Assembly: GCA_001662655.1 (NCBI GenBank)
Contig: KV460251.1
Reading direction: 5' to 3' (one strand)
Length of the DNA: 64,000 nt
DNA from: Pseudogymnoascus verrucosus
Taxonomy: Eukaryota
Position 1 is the stretch's first letter. Every line of letters starts with the position of its first letter. The translations under genes and the position numbers were made by a program. A model generated the notes under the pieces. It worked only from the letters and a program-made list of their open reading frames with translations, ran no database searches and was not told the origin of the DNA. Of this stretch, positions 60,046-64,000 are shown in pieces.

Positions 60046-62784
60046 TTATAGCTTGTCGTAGAACTATGCGGCGTTAGTAATCTGTGCGGGATGGATGGAG
60101 TGAAGAGGGAAAAACTTACGTTGTCGACACCTGGAACCTCAGCCTTGATACCCTTGCGCTTACGCATCTCAGTGACGATCTGGCCGACCTTGGAGGTGGG
60201 GTCAAGCGGCGATCCACCGGGGAGAATCTGCCAATGATCGAAGACGGACTGGGGGAAGGCCTGTCCAGAGGTATGCGAGCGGAGATCGGCGTTGAAACCG
60301 AAAGACTCGTTGACGGGGAGGTAAGACTTGATGGTGAAGAGAGGTGTGCCGGGGCGCTGCTCCTCAGCGAAGACGTGACCACGACGGCGGGTAAGGACAC
60401 TGTAGACACCACCCATGGCGGACTCTGGAACTTGAATCTCGCACAAGAAGACGGGCTCGAGGAGACCGGGCTCGGCAAGAAGGGTGGAGGCGAGGAGGAC
60501 ACGACGGGCAGTTGGGATGATTTGACCACCACCGCGATGGATGGCATCGGCGTGGAGGGTGACATCCATGATGTTGAAGCGGATAGAGCGCATGGGCTCC
60601 TCGGCGACTGGTCCTTCTCTCGAAGCCCACTGGAAACCAGAGACGACGGAGTCCTTGATTTCGAGGAGGTACTGGACGGCCTTGGACTGATCGACCAACA
60701 AGTTGGCACCGTTGGTGTCGGGACCGAAGCACCAAATCTTACGGGCATCAGTGACATCCCATCCGTGCTCATCGGCAAGGAGACGGGCACGGATCTTGAT
60801 ATCGTCACGGGGGGTGATCTTTCCGGCCTCAATGAGGTTGGAGACCTCCTCGGAGAGGGGCTCGGCGATCATGTAGATACGGTTGTGCTTGTTGGGCGAC
60901 TTGGAGAGAGCAGTGATGCTCGACTGGGTGGTGACAGTCTCACGGTAGGCGACAACGGGGTCGGAAATGCGGAGAGGGACACCAGCGTGGTCCTCCTCGA
61001 GATCCTTCAAGCAAATCTCCAAATGGAGCTCACCAGCACCGGCAACAACGTGCTCACCGGACTCAGAGATGTAAGTCAGGACACAAGGATCGGACTTGGA
61101 GAGACGCTTAAGACCCTCGACCAACTTGGGCAGATCCTGGGCGTTCTTGACCTCAACGGAACGACGCACAACGGGGGAGACGGAGAACTTCATGACCTTC
61201 AAGTTGTGGGCGGTGTCGGAGGTGGTAAGAGTACCAGACTTCAACAAGAACTGATCAATACCGACGAGACCAAGAATGTTACCGGCTGGGACATCGTCAA
61301 TGGGGTCGACCTTGCCACCCATCATGAGGACGGTACGCTGGATAGCCTTGATGAAAAGATCATCCTTCTTGCCGGGAACGTAGTTAGGACCCTGGATACG
61401 GACCTTGAGTCCAGACTTGACGGTACCAGAGAAGACACGACCGAAAGCGTAGAAACGACCCTTATCGGAAGTGGGCACCATCTTGGAGACGTAAAGCATG
61501 AGAGGACCCTTGGGGTCACAGTTCTTGATACCGAGGCAGGCCTCATCATCTGGGGGACCCTCGTAGAGAGTCTCAGCACGGTAGTTCTGTGCGGTAACTG
61601 GGGATGGCAAGTGGAGAATCATCATCTCCAACATGGCATCGGCAGCGGGCAAGAAAGTGCGCATGACGATCTTGAGGAGAGCCTTGCCCTCCTTGTCACG
61701 GTCATCAGAGGAGAGCTTGATGCTCAGCTTCTCGAGAAGGGTGTTGATCTCGTCCTTCTTGAAGTTCATGACAGCGTTGAAGATTCTGAAAATAGGATCC
61801 AAGATGAACTGGTTGAAGGCACGCTCCAAAGGCTTGCCCTCGTGGGTACCCTTGTTGGTCCACTTCTTGGTGTGGGGGTTGAAGTAGTTGTCGCCCCAAA
61901 GACGCTCCATCATCTTAACACGGTCAACACCAAACTTCTTGGCGTAACGCTGAGCGAACTGGCGGATGGTGAAAGCCCATCCGTGGAGACCGGAACCGAA
62001 GGCAACGGTTCCCTTGTATGGGTAGACCTGGACGTCACCGAGGGACTTGTCGAAGTAGGTGGAGATAACGACGTTGACCGACTCGATGGTACGGGAGAAA
62101 GACTGGTAAAGGTCCTCCTTCTCGATCTGGAGCTCGAGAAGAGCACGATCAACCTTGTTGATGATAACAACAGGCTTGATACGCTCACCAAGAGCTTGAC
62201 GAAGGACGGTCTCGGTCTGGACGCAGACACCCTCAATGGTGTCGACGACGACGAGAGCACCATCGGTGACACGGAGAGCAGCGGTAACCTCAGAGGAGAA
62301 ATCAACGTGACCGGGCGAATCGATCAAGTTGATCAAGAAATCACCACCGTCGGTCTTCTGGCCGATAATGTCCTTGAGGTCCTCAGGGTCGGTGAGCTTT
62401 CCGTACAGGGAGATGGCAGTCGACTTGATGGTAATACCACGCTCCTGCTCATCAGCACGGGTATCAGTGGCTCGGGCCTCACCGGCCTTCGCCGAAGAGA
62501 TAATACCGGCCTTGGACAGGAGGGAATCGGTAAGAGTGGACTTTCCGTGATCGACGTGAGCAATAACGGACATGTTACGCACGTTGGTCGGCTTGTCCAT
62601 CAGCGCGCGGACCTCCTCGATAGTGAAGCTGTAGCGGGAGCTTGATTAGCAATGTGTTCACAGACGTCATAACAAAAATCCCAAAACTCCCAAAACTCCG
62701 ATCAAGATGCAACCGAAGATGGAAAAACATCTCGACAAGCTCGAATTTTGTCGAGGGATTTTGTAGGAGAACTCACTTAACCAT
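60046..62784 (-). CDS. EFT2: Translation elongation factor 2, 3 exons
   Basis: Exon 1 ATG GTT AA (62777-62784), intron 62629-62776, [24 protein letters not shown] and diphthamide site [13 protein letters not shown] last intron ~60064-60119 precedes FYDKL*. Confidence 0.98.
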
Positions 62785-63669
62785 GATGGCGGTTGAGCTT
62801 CAAAAGCTGATTAATGGTGAATTTTTCTGGTGCCGAAGCGGGGTCGGATCTGAGACTCGAGGGACTTTCTGAGAGTCTCCTTGAGGTCTTTGTATTCTAT
62901 CTTATACTGCCTTCGGTTTACCCTAAGCAGTGATGATAGAATGCGCAGAAGATGGCTTTGATGCTTCTGACGATAGACTTTGCGGTGAGAAAGGAAAGAG
63001 GAGGTCTTTTCAAATGGTAGGGTGGGAGAAGGTGAAGATATCTTTGGTTAGTGGGGCAGAGGGTTGTTTGTGCCGTCTAACCGGATATGGTTAGACTATC
63101 GCTGCCCACATGTCTTATCCCGATGTGAGTCGACGGAAGAGGTGCGGAAGTCACTAAGTCACTGTTTCCATAGCATCATACAGTGTCCGATGACGCCGAG
63201 AAGAATTGTTCGGCGTAGGAAATGTCAGGACACAGGTGATTTCTGTTATAAAAAAGGCTATCCAATATCAAAACTATTGTCTACACGCCGAAGTATTGTA
63301 TCTTGGACCCCGCCCCCTCCTGCCATCATACGAGCGAAGGGCGCTACGGCGAAGGAATCATCGGCCAAGCGGCGAGGGGCGGAGCTATGGTAAGGTAAGC
63401 TCACTCTACTCCCTACAGTACCAAGCTTGGACAAGAAACACGGCATCGCCACCACAGCCAATCACCGCCTCGATAATCAGCAGCTGGCATAGCATTGTGT
63501 AGCTCGTACATATAATTATATTCTGTATTATGAGGCTCGTCCTGAGCCAGCACTGATAAAAAGCGCTTCATACCTGCCAACGCCGCCGCTAAGACTCCTA
63601 AAAATGCAATGCCACTTCATACCATACATGATAACCTCAAACAGGCTATGAACAATCATACTATACACC

Positions 63670-64000
63670 TTACGAGGACCCCAGTATCTTTGAATACGCA
63701 TCCTCTACCTCACCCGCCAGCTCCAGCAGAGTCACAATCAGAATCTGATGTGTCAGATTCGGCAACCGGTCTCTCTGTAGCCCAATCCACTCCAATGGCG
63801 GGGTGGCCTCACCCATCTCTCTCAACTGTGGTGTCTCAATGATTGGAGGTTCAAGAGCGACATACTCATACTTTGACTGTGGTACCGTGACCTCCGCTGT
63901 GATCTTCTGTTGTTCGCCTGTTGCCCGTTCTTTGCCGTCCTCGTCAGCCTCCGGCACCCCAGTAATCTTGACAGCTGATATCGGCAGAGGCTTGCCAAGA
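63670..64000 (-). CDS. CSF1: 3' end of bridge-like lipid transfer protein Csf1 (partial, runs off the window)
   Basis: C-terminus EPPIIETPQLREMGEATPPLEWIGLQRDRLPNLTHQ matches the conserved Csf1 C-terminal motif. Confidence 0.85.
   Translation of the reverse strand, partial: LGKPLPISAVKITGVPEADEDGKERATGEQQKITAEVTVPQSKYEYVALEPPIIETPQLREMGEATPPLEWIGLQRDRLPNLTHQILIVTLLELAGEVEDAYSKILGSS

Noticed and set aside
59970..60119. Extended EF2 C-terminus in the ORF track (876 aa)
   Set aside because: Read-through of the last intron. Splicing restores the canonical FYDKL* end.
60084..62645. 853-aa plus-strand ORF antisense to EF2
   Set aside because: It is in register with EF2 and spans essentially its main exon. 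Strong codon bias (avoidance of TTA/CTA/TCA) in a highly expressed gene removes antisense stops, and the peptide has no recognisable motifs.
62930..62971. GTGATGA...CTGA resembling C/D snoRNA boxes
   Set aside because: The span of about 40 nt is too short, there is no convincing terminal stem, and it is antisense to the EF2 leader.
1..64000. Stop-codon read-through, PTS1 extensions, TPP riboswitch, tRNA and transposase
   Set aside because: The stop contexts checked lack TGA-CTA, and no diagnostic motifs were seen by eye. tRNAscan-SE and cmscan would be needed to exclude RNA genes fully.

Overview
A gene-dense, intron-containing stretch of a filamentous ascomycete (Pezizomycotina) nuclear chromosome. 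The style suggests a Leotiomycete such as Pseudogymnoascus, but this is inference only. It holds about 27 protein-coding genes, mostly conserved housekeeping loci: HAUS6, an HD-domain nucleotidase, GVP36, an Ibp1/Ych1 phosphatase, MRP21, SNU71, a NirA-like Zn2Cys6 factor, MTR10, TIM21, GLO3, PNS1, a GH5 endoglucanase, ARG2, ARV1, VMA9, PMS1, ARH1, ETF-alpha, RSC8, RBM26/27, RRN5, EF2 and the 3' end of CSF1. There are also three uncharacterised genes. Gene models were rebuilt by hand from GT..CTRAY..YAG intron signals, so intron coordinates are approximate to a few bases. I found no tRNA, rRNA, CRISPR array or intact transposon, and no clear-cut new multi-gene system. The best leads are: (1) a four-exon VMA9 gene invisible to the ORF track; (2) a ~620-bp minisatellite whose 13/16-nt units keep all three forward frames open; (3) a gene-free interval between GLO3 and PNS1 with splice signals and nested RNA stems; (4) a recurring sense-strand C-rich to G-rich switch at gene 3' ends; (5) Puf-type elements behind mitochondrial genes; (6) 15 consecutive genes in strictly alternating orientation; (7) a decayed gene relic near 37.5 kb.
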